A stretch of 64,000 nucleotides of DNA from an uncultured Acidobacteriota bacterium (GTDB lineage: Bacteria; Acidobacteriota; Terriglobia; UBA7540), in contig CAWDSK010000006.1 of NCBI GenBank assembly GCA_963804995.1, positions 1,376,001-1,440,000 on the forward strand, in the 5' to 3' direction. The translations under genes and the position numbers were made by a program. The first letter of the stretch is position 1, and every line of letters starts with the position of its first letter. Below the pieces are notes generated by a model, which ran no database searches, had not been told where the DNA came from, and saw only the letters and a list, made by a program, of their open reading frames with translations. This document shows, piece after piece, positions 37,266 to 50,032 of the stretch.

Positions 37266-38642
37266 CTATTTCCCAAGCATTCGTCGGAGGAGCTTTGCGC
37301 GTTGTTGAGCTTGCCACTCCTGATCAGGCGCCTGGCCCTTCGAAAGTTCGAGGAAGTGCTCGTAATTCGCCAGAGCTTCTTTTCGTACGCGCAGGTGATC
37401 ATAGGACGTCGCCAAGAAGAAAAACAGGGCGGGAGGTGGGTCGGGCGCGTGCGCCAACTGCTCCAGAAGCGGAATGGCCTCCGGGTAGCGCTCTTCAAAA
37501 TAGACGCAGGTCGCAAGGCCGTAGGCAGCCTCACGGTTGTGCGGGTCCAGTTTCAGGGTGGTGCGGAACTCCGCTTCGGCTTCGGGGTATTTCTGTTGCT
37601 CCCATAGGGTCTGCCCAAGGGCGCGGTGGATATCGGCGCTATTGGACGTAGCAGCGAGGGCAAGGCGATAGTACTTCTCAGCCTCGGGGAATTTCTTCAG
37701 GGCGGAGTTGACATCACCCAGCGCCGCAGCCAGACCAGGCATATCCGGTTTGGCGTGGTAGACCGCCTCCAGATAGTCGCGAGCTTTCTCATTCTGGTTC
37801 TGCTGCAGGTACAGCCGCGCCAGGTGGAAGCGCGTCTCTAAATCATCCGGCTTCAGCGCCAGATATTTTTCAAAGTGACCGATGGCCTGGGGAGTGTCCT
37901 TCAGGTCTTCGGCGGCCAGCGCCGACCCCAGCTCCGCCTGCACAAGTTGCGGGTCCAAAGCCAAGGCTTTCCCGAACGCTGCCAGCGCCTCCGCCGGATG
38001 TTTCTCGTGGAGCTCCAGCTGGCCGAGATCAAATGGGGCCATGGCATTACGTGGGTCGAGGCGAATGACTTCCTGGAACTGCTTCGCCGCAGCGTCTGCC
38101 TGGCCGGACTGGGCGAGCGCCCGTGCATAGTAGAGGTGCGCGCGGACATGGTCAGGCTTCAAAGTCGTGGCTTTCTCAAGGTGTTCAAGCGCTGCTTGCG
38201 ATTGCTTCCCCTCAAGAAGCAGGATTCCCAGATTCAGGCGCGCTTCGAAGAGATCGGGCGCGAGTTCCAGCGTCTTTTGGTAAGCCTTGATTGCGTCAGC
38301 GTCCTGGTGAAGCCCCGTGTACGCATAGCCCAGGTTGAACCAGGCGGGGACCGAATCAGGTTGCAGTTCGATGAGGGCCTTCAGCGATTTCACGGCTTCG
38401 GCAAAATCTTTACGATTGAGAGCCTGCTGGGCGGCATCGAGAAGCGCAGCCTCCTTCGTGGCCTGCGAGGCAGCGGGCGTCGGCTTCGGGGTCTGGGCAG
38501 CGGAAGTCGACTTGCGGGTTTGCGCACCGGCCGCCCAAGCAGCAGCCAGAAGCCAGAGGGCGAGGAGGGCACTGGCGACAACGTGTGCCGGTCGCACGCC
38601 GGGTATCGAAGGTTGATCAATTTCGCGGTCGTATCGGGTCAC
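37266..38642 (-). CDS. Exported multi-TPR protein
   Basis: Serial TPR motifs ([27 protein letters not shown], and others). Confidence 0.9.
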   Translation of the reverse strand: MTRYDREIDQPSIPGVRPAHVVASALLALWLLAAAWAAGAQTRKSTSAAQTPKPTPAASQATKEAALLDAAQQALNRKDFAEAVKSLKALIELQPDSVPAWFNLGYAYTGLHQDADAIKAYQKTLELAPDLFEARLNLGILLLEGKQSQAALEHLEKATTLKPDHVRAHLYYARALAQSGQADAAAKQFQEVIRLDPRNAMAPFDLGQLELHEKHPAEALAAFGKALALDPQLVQAELGSALAAEDLKDTPQAIGHFEKYLALKPDDLETRFHLARLYLQQNQNEKARDYLEAVYHAKPDMPGLAAALGDVNSALKKFPEAEKYYRLALAATSNSADIHRALGQTLWEQQKYPEAEAEFRTTLKLDPHNREAAYGLATCVYFEERYPEAIPLLEQLAHAPDPPPALFFFLATSYDHLRVRKEALANYEHFLELSKGQAPDQEWQAQQRAKLLRRMLGK

Positions 38643-41600
38643 GCGCCACCTTGGAATTCGGAAGATACTTCGCCAGGAACTTTCCAGTGAAAGAGAGGGA
38701 ATTCTTCTTCAGGCTCTCGGGCGGTCCCGCCGCCACCACATACCCACCGGAATCACCGCCTTCCGGGCCGAGGTCGATGATCCAGTCGGCCGTTTTCAAA
38801 ACGTCCATGTTGTGTTCGATGACGAGAACCGAGGCGCCGGCGTCAATCAAGCGGCGAAAAGCTGCCAGTAGCTTGCTGATGTCGTCAAAGTGCAGCCCCG
38901 TCGTGGGCTCGTCGAAGATGAAGAGCGTATTCTCGCTGGCACGATGAGCCAGGTGGGCGGCCAGGCGGACCCGCTGCGCCTCGCCTCCGGAAAGCGTGGT
39001 GGCCGATTGCCCCAGCCGCAGGTACCCCAATCCAACTTCTTCGAGCACGCGGAGTTTGCCGGTCAGCTTGGGAACATTGGAAAAGAACGCCAACGCCTCT
39101 TTGACAGTCAATTGTAAGACATCGTAGATGTTCTTCCCTTTGTAAAGAATCTCAAGAATGCTGGGCTTGAAGCGGCGTCCGCGGCACTCCTCGCACACCA
39201 GGTCAACGTCTGCGAGGAATTGCATTTCCATGGTCACCGTGCCGTCACCCTGACAGGTCTCGCAGCGTCCCCCCGGGATGTTGAAGGAGAAGTATCCGGG
39301 GGTGTAACCGCGCTTGCGAGCCGCGGGGGTGGAAGCGAAAACGTCGCGAATGGTGTCAAAGGCCTTGATGTAAGTGATGGGATTGGAGCGCGGGGTACGT
39401 CCCAGGGGCGATTGATCCACCAGCACGATATCCGAAAGCTGCTGGTCCCCCTCGATGCGGTCGTACTCGGCGCGGGGCGCGGGCATGCCACGGCGCGAAA
39501 TCAATCCGTTGTAAAGCACATCGTGGACGAGCGTGGATTTGCCGGAGCCTGAAACCCCACTGACGCACACCATGAGCCCCAAAGGAACGTCCACGTCAAT
39601 CGACTTCAAATTGTGCTGACGCGCCCCCCGGATGCGGAGCCACGCCTTGGCGGGTTTGCGCCGCTCTTCCGGTACGGGAATCTGCAACTCTCCGGAAAGA
39701 TAGCGTCCGGTGAGCGAATGCGGATCGGCGAGCAGCCCCGCCAAATCCCCCTCGTAAATGATGCGGCCGCCGTGCTCACCTGCGCCTGGCCCCAGGTCCA
39801 GGATTTTGTCGGCTTCGCGCATCATCTCCGGATCGTGCTCAACCACCAGGACGGTGTTTCCCAGATCTCGCAGGGTCTTCAAGATTTCGATCAATCGCCC
39901 GGTATCGCGCGCGTGCAGGCCAATGGAAGGCTCATCGAGAACGTAGAGCGCCCCCACCAGATTTGAACCAAGCGCCGTGGCCAACTGAATCCGCTGGGAC
40001 TCGCCACCGGAGAGGGTGGAGGCCAACCTGTCAAGCGTCAAGTATTCCAGGCCCACCCGGAAAAGGAACTTCAAGCGCGAGCGAATCTCGTCGAGAATCT
40101 TGTCCGCAATCGTCTGCTGCTGGGGAGAGAGACGAAGCTGGTTAAAGAAGTGATAAGCCTCCTGGATCGCCATGCGGCAAACGTCGGTGATATTTTTCTC
40201 GTTGATGCGGATGTGCAGGGTCTCGCGCCGCAGACGCCCGCCCTGACAATCCGGGCAGAGGGTATAGCCGCGGTATCGAGCCAGGAAAACGCGGACGTGC
40301 AACTTGTATTTCTTGCGCTCCAAATACTCGAAGAAACCACGAATGCCCTGGAAATCGTCGTCGCCTTCCACCACCCAGCGGCGCTGCTCAGCCGTGAGTT
40401 TGTAATAGGGGGTATCAAGGGGAATCCCCTTGGCCCGTGCCACGCGACGCATTTCGTTTTGAGGCATGCGATAGCGGGGCTTGGTCCAGGGCTCAACCGC
40501 GCCTTCCGCCAGCGTCTTGTTCTTGTCAGGAATCACCAGGTCAAGATCAAAATCGATAGTGTTTCCGAAACCCTGGCAGCGCGGGCAGGCGCCATAGGGA
40601 TTATTGAAGGAAAACAAACTCGGCTCAGGTTCCTGAAAAACAATCTTGCAATGCTTGCACTCAAAGCGCTCATTGAAAACCCAGCGTTCGGAGGGCGCGG
40701 TGGGATCAGGTGCAACGAATTCAAGAATCGCTTCACCGGATTCGCGATAGCAGAGTTCCACGGAATCGATCAGGCGCTGGCGGATTTCCGGGGCGGCAGC
40801 GAGCCGGTCCACCAGGATGTAGACGGGCCGCGAAAAATCCACGTCCAACAAGGATTCGGGCGTCGAGAATTCAAACACTCGCCCGTCCTGGTAAAGCCGA
40901 TTGAAGCCGCGCTGGCGGAGAGCGAAGAGCCGGGGCTTCAAGTCCTCGCCGGGTGGGGTGGGGAGCTGCGGGGTGAGGGCTGCGACCTCAGTTGCCGCAG
41001 CCTGCTTCGGCCTTCTGGATTTGCCACGGGCTTTTGGAGACGGGAGCTCGCCTGCGCCGGGTTCGGGACTTGGGGACGCAATTGAAACCGCAGGGTTGAC
41101 CTGAAACAGAACGTAGAAACGGCGGCCTGGTTCCAGGGCCAGAACGCGTCCGGCTATCTCATCGACGTTATCCTTCTTCACGATGAGCCCGCAACGGTAA
41201 CACTCCGTGACGCCGATGCGCGCGAAGAGTAAGCGCAGATAATCATAGATTTCCGTTGCCGTCGCCACGGTCGAGCGCGGATTGCGCGTGGTGTTTTTCT
41301 GGCGAATGGCCACCGGCGGCGCGATGCCGGCAATCTCATCGACATCCGGCTTCTCCATGCGCTCCAGAAACTGGCGAGCATATGCCGACAGGGATTCCAC
41401 GTAGCGGCGCTGGCCTTCGGCATATAGCGTGTCAAAGGCCAAACTGGATTTGCCCGAGCCCGAAGGCCCGGTCACCACGGTGATGCGGTTGTGGGGGATC
41501 GTGCAGTCGATGTTCTTCAGATTATGGACGCGCGCGCCGCGGACGACAATCGCCTCGTCGGGCGAATCCGGCGGGACCGCACCGGAAACCTCGGGCGCCT

Positions 41601-41697
41601 CGGGTGGCGTCAGCAGGCTGCTCCCTACGGACGGAACCGATCCCGGCGCGTCAACTCCGGCAGGTTCTCTCGTGAATTGTTGATTGCCTTCGCTCAA
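38617..41697 (-). CDS. uvrA: Excinuclease ABC subunit A
   Basis: [32 protein letters not shown], zinc fingers, [27 protein letters not shown]. Confidence 0.96.
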   Translation of the reverse strand: MSEGNQQFTREPAGVDAPGSVPSVGSSLLTPPEAPEVSGAVPPDSPDEAIVVRGARVHNLKNIDCTIPHNRITVVTGPSGSGKSSLAFDTLYAEGQRRYVESLSAYARQFLERMEKPDVDEIAGIAPPVAIRQKNTTRNPRSTVATATEIYDYLRLLFARIGVTECYRCGLIVKKDNVDEIAGRVLALEPGRRFYVLFQVNPAVSIASPSPEPGAGELPSPKARGKSRRPKQAAATEVAALTPQLPTPPGEDLKPRLFALRQRGFNRLYQDGRVFEFSTPESLLDVDFSRPVYILVDRLAAAPEIRQRLIDSVELCYRESGEAILEFVAPDPTAPSERWVFNERFECKHCKIVFQEPEPSLFSFNNPYGACPRCQGFGNTIDFDLDLVIPDKNKTLAEGAVEPWTKPRYRMPQNEMRRVARAKGIPLDTPYYKLTAEQRRWVVEGDDDFQGIRGFFEYLERKKYKLHVRVFLARYRGYTLCPDCQGGRLRRETLHIRINEKNITDVCRMAIQEAYHFFNQLRLSPQQQTIADKILDEIRSRLKFLFRVGLEYLTLDRLASTLSGGESQRIQLATALGSNLVGALYVLDEPSIGLHARDTGRLIEILKTLRDLGNTVLVVEHDPEMMREADKILDLGPGAGEHGGRIIYEGDLAGLLADPHSLTGRYLSGELQIPVPEERRKPAKAWLRIRGARQHNLKSIDVDVPLGLMVCVSGVSGSGKSTLVHDVLYNGLISRRGMPAPRAEYDRIEGDQQLSDIVLVDQSPLGRTPRSNPITYIKAFDTIRDVFASTPAARKRGYTPGYFSFNIPGGRCETCQGDGTVTMEMQFLADVDLVCEECRGRRFKPSILEILYKGKNIYDVLQLTVKEALAFFSNVPKLTGKLRVLEEVGLGYLRLGQSATTLSGGEAQRVRLAAHLAHRASENTLFIFDEPTTGLHFDDISKLLAAFRRLIDAGASVLVIEHNMDVLKTADWIIDLGPEGGDSGGYVVAAGPPESLKKNSLSFTGKFLAKYLPNSKVARDPIRPRN

Positions 41698-42046
41698 GGA
41701 TTCCCCACTCCGTTACCGGGAAGCATCGCAGCCATACGTCTGCCCATTTTCGGGGCGGACACAGCGAGCCGCGGAACAGTCAGCCCAAACTCCTAATTAT
41801 ATGTCGGAGGGAATCCGTGTGTAAAACGGAACAGGTTCAGCGCGGCGGAGCGCTTGATGAAAAGTCCTGGTGAAAAACGTAGGTAGTTGGGAAAGTTGGT
41901 GGGACCTGGCGCGCTATGCCCCTCGGAGAGCAACATCTGGGACAGTCCCACATTGACAAAAGTCGGGGGAGGTTATGACAGGACCGCCCGGAAGCAGGCG
42001 GCGGGGTGCGCGCGATTCATCCCCACCGCCTGCCCAGGTATTTATC

Positions 42047-42772
42047 TTACTGATTGGGGGGATTGGTGGTATGTGCCGGGGAAGTCGCCGGCGCGCCAGG
42101 GCCGGCGCCGGGTCGGCCGGGGGGGCGGCCTTGACCTCCACGGTGTTCCATCATGTGTTCGCGCTCCGGACCTCCCGGCCCGCCGCGACCGCCGAAGCCC
42201 CGATTCTCCATCAGGGAGTGCATTTTCTTAAGCTGCTCAGGCGTGAGGACGCTCCGGGCGGTGAGCATCGTTTCCATATGTTGCTTCGCCATCTGACCGC
42301 GCAGGTCGGAGATCGCCTGAACCTTGTTCATAATGGCGTCATGGTCCGGATTGTCAGCCCGCAGCAATTCGCGGAGCTCGATGCCGTGCAATTCCAGATC
42401 GGCGCGAGTCTTTATGGAGGATTTCTCCGACTCCACGGCGAGCGCATGCAAGCGGCCCACCTGCGCATCCGTCAGATTCAGCTCCGCGCGCATGCGGGGA
42501 TTATCTGCCAGGCGAAGCAGCGCAAATCCGTGACGGCCGCGCTGCCCACCCATTCTCTCGCGCTCAAAGCCACCCTCGCGGCCCTCCATCCCAAATTGGT
42601 GGTGACCGCCCTCACCAAATTGGTGATGGCCGCCCTCACCGAATTGATGCTGCCCTGCGGGTGGTCCCTGCCAACGCTCGGGCCCACCCGGCGCATCCTG
42701 CGCCCGAGCGACCATGGCCGCCGCGAGCGCCACCATCAGACCCATCACACCCAACGCAAATAGTTTTCGCAT
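42047..42772 (-). CDS. Spy/CpxP (LTxxQ) family periplasmic chaperone-like protein
   Basis: Signal peptide; LNLTDAQ and VLTPEQ motifs; Gly/His-rich HQFGEGG repeats. Confidence 0.85.
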   Translation of the reverse strand: MRKLFALGVMGLMVALAAAMVARAQDAPGGPERWQGPPAGQHQFGEGGHHQFGEGGHHQFGMEGREGGFERERMGGQRGRHGFALLRLADNPRMRAELNLTDAQVGRLHALAVESEKSSIKTRADLELHGIELRELLRADNPDHDAIMNKVQAISDLRGQMAKQHMETMLTARSVLTPEQLKKMHSLMENRGFGGRGGPGGPEREHMMEHRGGQGRPPGRPGAGPGAPATSPAHTTNPPNQ

Positions 42773-43019
42773 GTTCAAACCCCCTGGTGTTTCTCTTGCC
42801 TACACCTCCATCATACGATGGGGAGGCTGCCGGCGTTACATCGGATTTCACAAAGGAAGCATATTTAACATAGTTAACAACGCGCCCGTTCCTGGAGGGG
42901 CGGAAGGGGGTAAAGCCGCCCGGCGGATAGAATAACCACCCCGTCGCCTACGGCGCCACGAAAATCAGGAGGGGAGTTACGCGGAGCGTTTTCATTCCTT
43001 GTGGCGCGCCGGAGGCACC

Positions 43020-43123
43020 TTGGAGTGCGGTCGCAGCAGCTACCGCTTTCCTCTTTCGGTCCAGACGGCAAGTAGGCGAGGTGCGGAGGAAGAAAAGCGG
43101 TAGCTGCTGCTACCGCACTCCAA
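43020..43123. repeat. REP-like inverted pair
   Basis: ttggagtgcggtcgcagcagctaccgcttt ... aaagcggtagctgctgctaccgcactccaa. Confidence 0.75.
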
Positions 43124-43172
43124 GACGCTGCGCGCATTTTCATCGTCAGGGGTGCAAAGGAGGAACAAATTC

Positions 43173-44096
43173 TTATTTGGAATCGTGCAAACCTTCCTCA
43201 ATCAGCTTATCAACATCTGCCAGTGTCGGCGATCCCACTACGATGCGTCCGTTGATGAAGCTGGTAGGGGTCTGGGAAACGCCCAGAGTCTGCCCTTCTC
43301 GCATGCTGGCCTCGACACGGGGGAGTGAGGCCTGCGAGTCAATGCAGGAGGCCAATTTCATATTATCCACTCCCACCTTCGCGGCCAAGTGGAGAAGCAG
43401 GTCGCGGATATGGTCAGCGTTCAGGGTGACCTGATTTTTAAAAATCACAGAACGGAAGGCGACGTACTTGGAGGGATCAATTTGATAGGTGCATTGGGCC
43501 GCGACGGCGGCGGTAAGCGACCAGTCGTGCACATTCACCAGAGGGAACTCCTTGAAAACCACCCGCAGCTTATCGCCGTATTTAGGGATGATCTGCGTTT
43601 CCAAGGTTCCATGGAACTCCGCGCAAGAGGGGCATTGCAGGTCAGAGTATTCCACCAGGGTGACCGGGGCAGTGGCCGGTCCCTGCGTAGCCTGGTCCGC
43701 GGTTGACATGAGGCGCACGATGTCTTTCCGTGGATCTCCATTCAGTGTGAAGATGTCCCCTTCCACCAAATAGCGTCCATCCCTCGATAGAAAAAAGGAC
43801 TGCGTGCGCTTGCCCTTGCCGTCGTCAAGCGTCAGTATGGTCTCGTAGAAATCCGGGTAGATGGACTCCCGGAATTCGCTGACCGTGAGCTTGACCGTGT
43901 CGGGAACGTTAAAGCGCTGGCGGATGTACTTGATGATCTTCTCACCCGTCGCCGCCTGGTTCAGGGCTTGCGCGGCGGAGGCGAGGTTCGGTGCGGAAAG
44001 TGCGAGACCACTGAACACAAGAAACAGGACCACAGGCCTGCGAAGTGTGGAAACAAGGCGGCTCAACAAGTCAGGCTCCTTTCGTTCGAGCAGCAA
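43173..44096 (-). CDS. DsbA/DsbC-like thioredoxin-fold protein, paralog 1 (CPSC)
   Basis: APVTLVEYSDLQCPSC, FKEFPL..HDW, QTPTSFING; start uncertain. Confidence 0.9.
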   Translation of the reverse strand: MLLERKEPDLLSRLVSTLRRPVVLFLVFSGLALSAPNLASAAQALNQAATGEKIIKYIRQRFNVPDTVKLTVSEFRESIYPDFYETILTLDDGKGKRTQSFFLSRDGRYLVEGDIFTLNGDPRKDIVRLMSTADQATQGPATAPVTLVEYSDLQCPSCAEFHGTLETQIIPKYGDKLRVVFKEFPLVNVHDWSLTAAVAAQCTYQIDPSKYVAFRSVIFKNQVTLNADHIRDLLLHLAAKVGVDNMKLASCIDSQASLPRVEASMREGQTLGVSQTPTSFINGRIVVGSPTLADVDKLIEEGLHDSK

Positions 44097-44168
44097 CGGG
44101 AAGTGGCACAGATTGAAAAGGTGATTCTAACATCCCTCAACAAAATCGTGCCAGAGACGCGTAGGGTC

Positions 44169-44278
44169 GGTCGTGGTGCAGTTGGATGTTGTAGCGGCGG
44201 CATTTGTCCCGATCCGATCGGGACGCCGCCATATAGCGAGGTAAACTCGCCGCTACAACATCAAACGGCACCACTACC
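44169..44278. repeat. REP/MITE-like element, family 1
   Basis: ggtcgtggtgcagttgga ... tcaaacggcaccactacc; internal tcccgatccgatcggga. Confidence 0.8.
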
Positions 44279-44843
44279 GTCGGGTCCTTACTTTGTTCGC
44301 GGCAAGCGATCCGCCCGCGTGCTCATACGGGCCTTGTGCCGGCGCGAGATGTCCATGGTCATGGAAGGGCGTTTCGTTCCTAATCAGCCTTAGGTGGTGG
44401 GAAGGGCTGTTATCAACACCTATTCGGTTCTTGTCCGGGCTTCACCTACCCTCCATTTCACTCGATATGACTGTCGACGACCTCCTCGCGCTCCTGTCGA
44501 ACCCGAAAAAATGACACAGCCGCCCTCGGAACGTCTGTCCCGGCAAGGTGCCTGTCCGGAATCAGCCTGAATCGAGCGGGGCTTTGACGCTTTACGAGAG
44601 GCGAGATCTTACTGAATGACCCTGTTGGGGGGTGTTGTGATAGGGCCCGGAAGCGTGCGTTGGCCTACGCTATCTTGAGATAAGTGGCGCTGACCTTGCT
44701 GACACCGCCTTCTTTTGCCCAGAACGGTTCGATTTCTCGCGCCAGATCCAAGAGCAGGCAGATGAAAGAGCCGCGCCTTTTAATCGGGATTATAATCCAG
44801 GCTCCCCAGTTTGACCCGTTAACGTTCATTAAGGAGCCGCACC

Positions 44844-47086
44844 ATGGTCATGGGTTCATTCAAACAAATTTCGCCTCGCAAGGTTCTGTGTATGGCCGTC
44901 GCCGCCGCGCTCGGCGTTGTACTGGTGTACAGCGGAAATCTTTTCCAGGTTCGCGCGCAAACGGCTCCGCAGGCGGCCACGGTCGATCCGGGAGCCACCG
45001 TCCATGTTGACGTGACCCCGGAGCACATCCTGAACACAGTCTATCCCGACACCGCCACGGGGGCGTGGATGGATGACTTGACCAAGGCCCAGGTGGACAA
45101 TCTCAGCAAACCCGAGACGATCCAAGGGATCAAAAACCTGGGCTGGGGTTCCATCACCATGCGTAACAATAGCGAGTTGCGCCTGTCCGCATGGCACTGG
45201 AACGAAAACGGGACATGGAGCGATGCGGCCAGCAAGAGCGGATACTTTACAGGGAGCACCGAACTGGGGGAACCGATCCACTACGGCTATTCCTATTCGC
45301 TGCCCCATCGCGATTTCATGACCAGCGGCGATCCACCGTTAGTGGCGGGTTTTCAAAGCTACTGGAAGAGCAATCCTTACCTGACCAGCCGTTTCACGGG
45401 CGAAAGCGACGCCCTGCACCCGCAATGGGTCGTGATCGATATGGGTATGGCGCGGCCCCTCAATGCGATTCACATCCAATGGGTGAATCCCTACGCCGTC
45501 GTTTATGTCGTGCAATATTGGATCGGCGATAACTACGCTCTGGACTGGGACATGGGCCCGAATGGCGTGTGGAAGGCTTTCCCGTCAGGCACGGTGACCA
45601 AGGGCACGGGTGGGGATGTGCGTCTTAAGCTTTCGGAGAAGCCGATTACCGCCCGATTCGTCCGCGTTTTGATGTCAAAATCCTCCGGCACGTGCGACAC
45701 GCATGGTGCGCAGGACATTCGGAACTGCGTGGGTTACGCGCTCCAGACACTGTCAGTTGGGAGGATGGATGCGGGAGGAACCTACTCGATCGTCTATCCA
45801 GCGAATGGTGTGGAACCGGGGCCTTCCAGGGGAGGCCAGGGCCGGGAAGTTGGCGGCGGGGGAGCGGGCGGGGCCTTTCCCGGATCGGCGGCAGATACCG
45901 CGGGTCCTTCTGCGCTTCTTCGATCGACCCCTGGCACCAAGCCGGTAATCTGATCACCGGCGGCCGCGACCAATACAACGGCATGGACAATTTCTTTACC
46001 AGTGGATTGACCATGGGGCACCCGGCGCTGGTGGCCTGCGCGGCGATTTATGACACGCCCGAGGATTGCGCCAACGAGGTTGCGTATATCCACAAGCGCG
46101 GTTATCCAGTGGTGGGAATTGAGATCGGGGAGGAGTGCGACGGCAAGCACACCATGCCGGAAGACTACGGCGCGCTCTACTGTCAGTGGGCAGAGGCCAT
46201 TCACAAGCTGACTCCCGACGCTAAGCTGGGCGGTCCGGTTTTCGAAGGCGTCGATAAAGACATCACCCTCTGGACGGACGACCAGGGACGCACTTCCTGG
46301 TTAGGCCGATTCATCGACTACCTTAAGGCCCACGGACACCTTCAGGACCTCTCGTTCATGTCTTTCGAACACTACCCGTTCATGGTTAACGGCTTCAGTC
46401 CACCGAACGACTGGGACACGCTTTACCTGGAACCGGGAATCATGAAGCACGTCTTGCACATGTGGCGTGAGGACGGTGTTCCCAAGGACGTGCCGCTGGT
46501 TATTTCCGAGAGCGGAATCGCGGCGGGCCGAAGCGGGCGGGGCTACCTGGGCGTGACGGGCCGCGCTATCTGGGAATGCGACGCGTTCGGCACGTTCTTT
46601 GAACAGGGAGGCACGGCGTTCTACCGGCCGGCGATCAATGATGGCGCCAGCGATCGCTGGAATTATGGCGGCAGGCCTGACGGCGGCGGGGCCTACGGCA
46701 CGCCGGAATACACTCCCTTCACTTCTGCGCACCTTATCAACTTCGAGTGGCTGCAGCACGGCTCGGGAGCGAATCAGATTTCCCCCGCCTCGACCGACTT
46801 TAGGGACGCCCTCGGGCGCACGGTGATTACCTCTTACGCGGTGCACCGCCCGGATGGAAACTGGTCGTTAATGCTGATCAATCACGACTTGTATGCCGCT
46901 CACCGGATTCACATTGTCATAGACGATGCGAATCACGTGCAGCATTCTTTCGCAGGGCCTGTCGCCCTCGTGCAATACTGCAATACTCCCAGTGAGAACA
47001 AGAACACGACCCTAACCCCAAGCCCCGACGGCATGTATACCCTGCCGATCGGGTCGATCACCGTGATACGTGGAAAGGTGAAGTGA
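44844..47086 (+). pseudogene. Discoidin (F5/8 type C) plus clan GH-A-like glycoside hydrolase, split by a frameshift at ~45830-45905
   Basis: 5' ORF: signal, PQWVVIDMG...IHIQW...ARFVRV (discoidin). 3' ORF: CASSIDPWH, IEIGEECDG, FEHYP, VISESG. The junction lies in a G-rich tract. Confidence 0.75.
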
Positions 47087-47345
47087 ATTCCAGACAGGCG
47101 TTGGCTCGCGGTCGATTTCCTACAAATGCTTGGGTCCGAAGTGCCAAAGGGAATTGGTCCAGCCAGAAAACGACTATGTCTAGGAGCCCTGAGCGGCAAG
47201 ATTTGTTTTTGTAGACGTTGAAATCCGCCTTCCGCATAACCGAAGCGGTCTAGTGCCTGAAAGGCGCCCGCTGCGGCCTCCATCGGGGGGCTACTGCGCC
47301 CAACTATTGGGAAATCCCCTTCCCACCAATGATTTCGGGGGAACT

Positions 47346-47481
47346 GGTAGCGCACAGGTACGCGTAGTTTGCGTTCCTCCGCGGTTCTTCCCAAATACGT
47401 GCGGTGTTCAGGTTTTTATTAACGCCAACGGGAGATGAAACGCCGCACAAGAACGCAAAGTATGCGTACCCGTGCGCTACC
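47346..47481. repeat. REP-like element, family 2 (GGTAGCGCA...TGCGCTACC)
   Basis: Inverted arms; relatives at 49941-49985, 50991-51182 and 51714-51809. Confidence 0.75.
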
Positions 47482-47688
47482 CGCTGTTGGAGGCAGAATT
47501 CCCCTAGCCACGAGGTCAAAAAGGAAATTCGGGTTTGCGGGCTAATTGTCGATGCGTCACCATACAATTATATTTAGGTAACGCAACATCCATGTAAGTG
47601 CTAAAATGGCTGCAAGTCCAGGAAGTTGGTGTAGGGTTCGCAGCACACCAATTCCCGCCGCGTAGAATCCTCCGTTCCGGGGGTGAGT

Positions 47689-49905
47689 ATGGTCATGCCT
47701 CGTACGTTTTCTTCCAGACAAGCTTCAGTCTTGGGGGTGGCCGCCACTGCCCTCCTCAGCGTTTCTCTGGCTTTGCCCGAATGTGCACGCGCACAGGAGA
47801 GCGTGGCCCAGCCGGGGATTCAGGAGCAGGTCAACATCAAGGTCCAGGCGCCGTCAGTGGTTGTGGACGTGATCGTGACCGACAAGAAAGGCCGGCACGT
47901 CAGTGGTCTGACCGCGCAGGACTTCAGGGTTTCCGAAGGCGGCGCACCACAAAAGATCGTGGCTTTCGCGCCACCTACAGAGCAAGGCACAGGACTACGC
48001 GCGGAAGCGGCGGCTGAAACTCCAACCGCACGGCAGGGCGTGGATCTCACCAAAGTGCGATTCATCACCTTGGTGATGGACCTCGGGGACCTTCAACCTG
48101 AAAATGTGAAAAGGTCCGCGGACGCGGCCGTCCAGTATCTCGAAAAGTACGTAGCGCCCGAAGATTACGTGGCCGTCCTCTGGATCGACGAAAGCCTGCA
48201 TATCGCTGTCCCCTTCAGTCGCGACCGGCAGCAACTCGTGGAGGGACTGCGAAGGCTCGGCAACCATGTACCGATGGGGAATCTCACGGTCCAGGCGCGG
48301 TTGGAAACGCAGAGGGAAATCGACGAAATCTCGAAGTCGGTTTATGGCATGGGGGGATTCCTGCCCTATGACCCCAGCAGGCTCGCGGAACCGGGTTCCA
48401 ATACGGTGAACGTGCGCCTTTTGGACACGCTCAGGACCTTTCTCTGGACGCAGTCAAATCTCCAGGCCCGTGCGGTTTTTGTGGCTTTGCGAGCCATCGC
48501 CCAGTCTTATACCAACATTCCCGGGCGCAAAAACGTGGTGGTGTTTTCAGAAGGATTCGTACAAGCGCCGGAGGGAAAGCCTCTGATGGATGCGGTGATT
48601 GACGCCGCCAACCGCGCTAACGTGGCGTTTTATGTCATCGACGCGGCAGGATTGCAGGCAGGCTTCAGCGCAGCGACCAGCGTTGCCGACCAGACTGAAA
48701 ACGCCCGGATAGCCCAGTTATCCGAGGAAGGCCCGATGAGGAATTACGGGGGCTACAACAAATTCGATTGGATCCAGAGCATGGGATTTTACAGCCAGTA
48801 CGACTACCTTACCCAGGTCGCGTCTGCCACCGGCGGGTTCTTGTTGAAGAACCAGAACGACCTCTTGCGGGAACTGGGCACGGTCGATCGCGATTTGCGC
48901 GAGTTCTACACCCTCGTCTATCAACCCACCAACAAAACCTACGACGGCGCTTTCCGCCCGATCAAAGTCGAGCCCCTCCAGTCCGGCTTGCGCTTGCGCT
49001 ACCGGAGTGGGTATTGGGCAATCCCCGCTGGCCAGGAGTTTGTTCTGACGCCGGCCGCCGCCCAGTTGCTGGCCGGGGTTGAAAGCGGCGCCCTGAAACC
49101 CTCCCTCACTCCCAAGGTAAACTCAGCTTTGTTACTTGCCTCGAACGGGCAACTGGCTGCACCCGTGTGCGTGAGCATACCGACCAAGGTTCTCAGGTTC
49201 GATAAAGACCCGCACAAGGAAATTTATCGTGCCGGGGTAACCATGGTACTCGTGGGGCGCGACAACTCACACGGGCTCGTCAGCGCCTACCAGCGCTTTC
49301 TCACCTTCCAGTTCGGCAAGAAAGAGTGGAAGGAATTCATAAAGCACGACTCAGTTGAAATCACCGGCCGCCTGGCGGTCAACAGGCTGGAACCGCTCAC
49401 GGTTGAGGCCATTCTCCAGTTCGCCGATGGGAGCGTGGGGCGGGGCGAAAAGCAGCTCTCGATCCCGCCCAGCGACGCAAAGGGACTGCAACTGACAGGC
49501 ATCCTGCTCTCAAATCACATCGAGCCCGCGGCCGGCGCGGTCGACCCCTCCGACCCCCTGGCCGGGGAGGGCTTCCGGCTCGTGCTCCCCTCCCAGCCAT
49601 CCTTCTCGCCCTCCGACAAAATGATTGCGTACTTCATGGCGCTGAACCTGTGGCCCGATCCCGCCGCTCACCGAGCACAGATCACGCTGTCCTATGCTCT
49701 CAAGCAAGGCGAGAAAGTCCTCCGGTCGTTCCCAGCAGAATCGGTAGAGGGGGCGACAGGCGAGAGTGCCATGGTCGCATCGAAGCGGTTCGACTTGAAC
49801 CAGCTCAAACCCGGAACCTATACCATGGAAGTGACCGTGGAGGACCAAATCGCGCACGTTGTGGCGGTGCGAGATACAGGGTTCACCATTGAGGGCGGCG
49901 CCTAA
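47689..49905 (+). CDS. Acidobacterial VWFA-related (VWA) domain exported protein
   Basis: VVVDVIVTDKKGRHVSGLTAQDF, PGRKNVVVFSEGF, ANRANVAFYVID, ATGG, YTLVYQP, LRYRSGY. Confidence 0.9.
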   Translation: MVMPRTFSSRQASVLGVAATALLSVSLALPECARAQESVAQPGIQEQVNIKVQAPSVVVDVIVTDKKGRHVSGLTAQDFRVSEGGAPQKIVAFAPPTEQGTGLRAEAAAETPTARQGVDLTKVRFITLVMDLGDLQPENVKRSADAAVQYLEKYVAPEDYVAVLWIDESLHIAVPFSRDRQQLVEGLRRLGNHVPMGNLTVQARLETQREIDEISKSVYGMGGFLPYDPSRLAEPGSNTVNVRLLDTLRTFLWTQSNLQARAVFVALRAIAQSYTNIPGRKNVVVFSEGFVQAPEGKPLMDAVIDAANRANVAFYVIDAAGLQAGFSAATSVADQTENARIAQLSEEGPMRNYGGYNKFDWIQSMGFYSQYDYLTQVASATGGFLLKNQNDLLRELGTVDRDLREFYTLVYQPTNKTYDGAFRPIKVEPLQSGLRLRYRSGYWAIPAGQEFVLTPAAAQLLAGVESGALKPSLTPKVNSALLLASNGQLAAPVCVSIPTKVLRFDKDPHKEIYRAGVTMVLVGRDNSHGLVSAYQRFLTFQFGKKEWKEFIKHDSVEITGRLAVNRLEPLTVEAILQFADGSVGRGEKQLSIPPSDAKGLQLTGILLSNHIEPAAGAVDPSDPLAGEGFRLVLPSQPSFSPSDKMIAYFMALNLWPDPAAHRAQITLSYALKQGEKVLRSFPAESVEGATGESAMVASKRFDLNQLKPGTYTMEVTVEDQIAHVVAVRDTGFTIEGGA

Positions 49906-50032
49906 AGTCGCGCTGGGGATCTGCAAACCAGTCAGGCAGCGGGTAGCACACAGGTACACGTTCTTTGCGTTCCTGTGCGCTACCCGCTCGGATCGAAACA
50001 CCTGATGAGAATATTGCATCCGCTGGAGGCAA

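Noticed and set aside
42590..42652. 21-bp tandem repeat in the Spy/CpxP-like gene
   Set aside because: In-frame low-complexity HQFGEGG linker; ordinary for this family.
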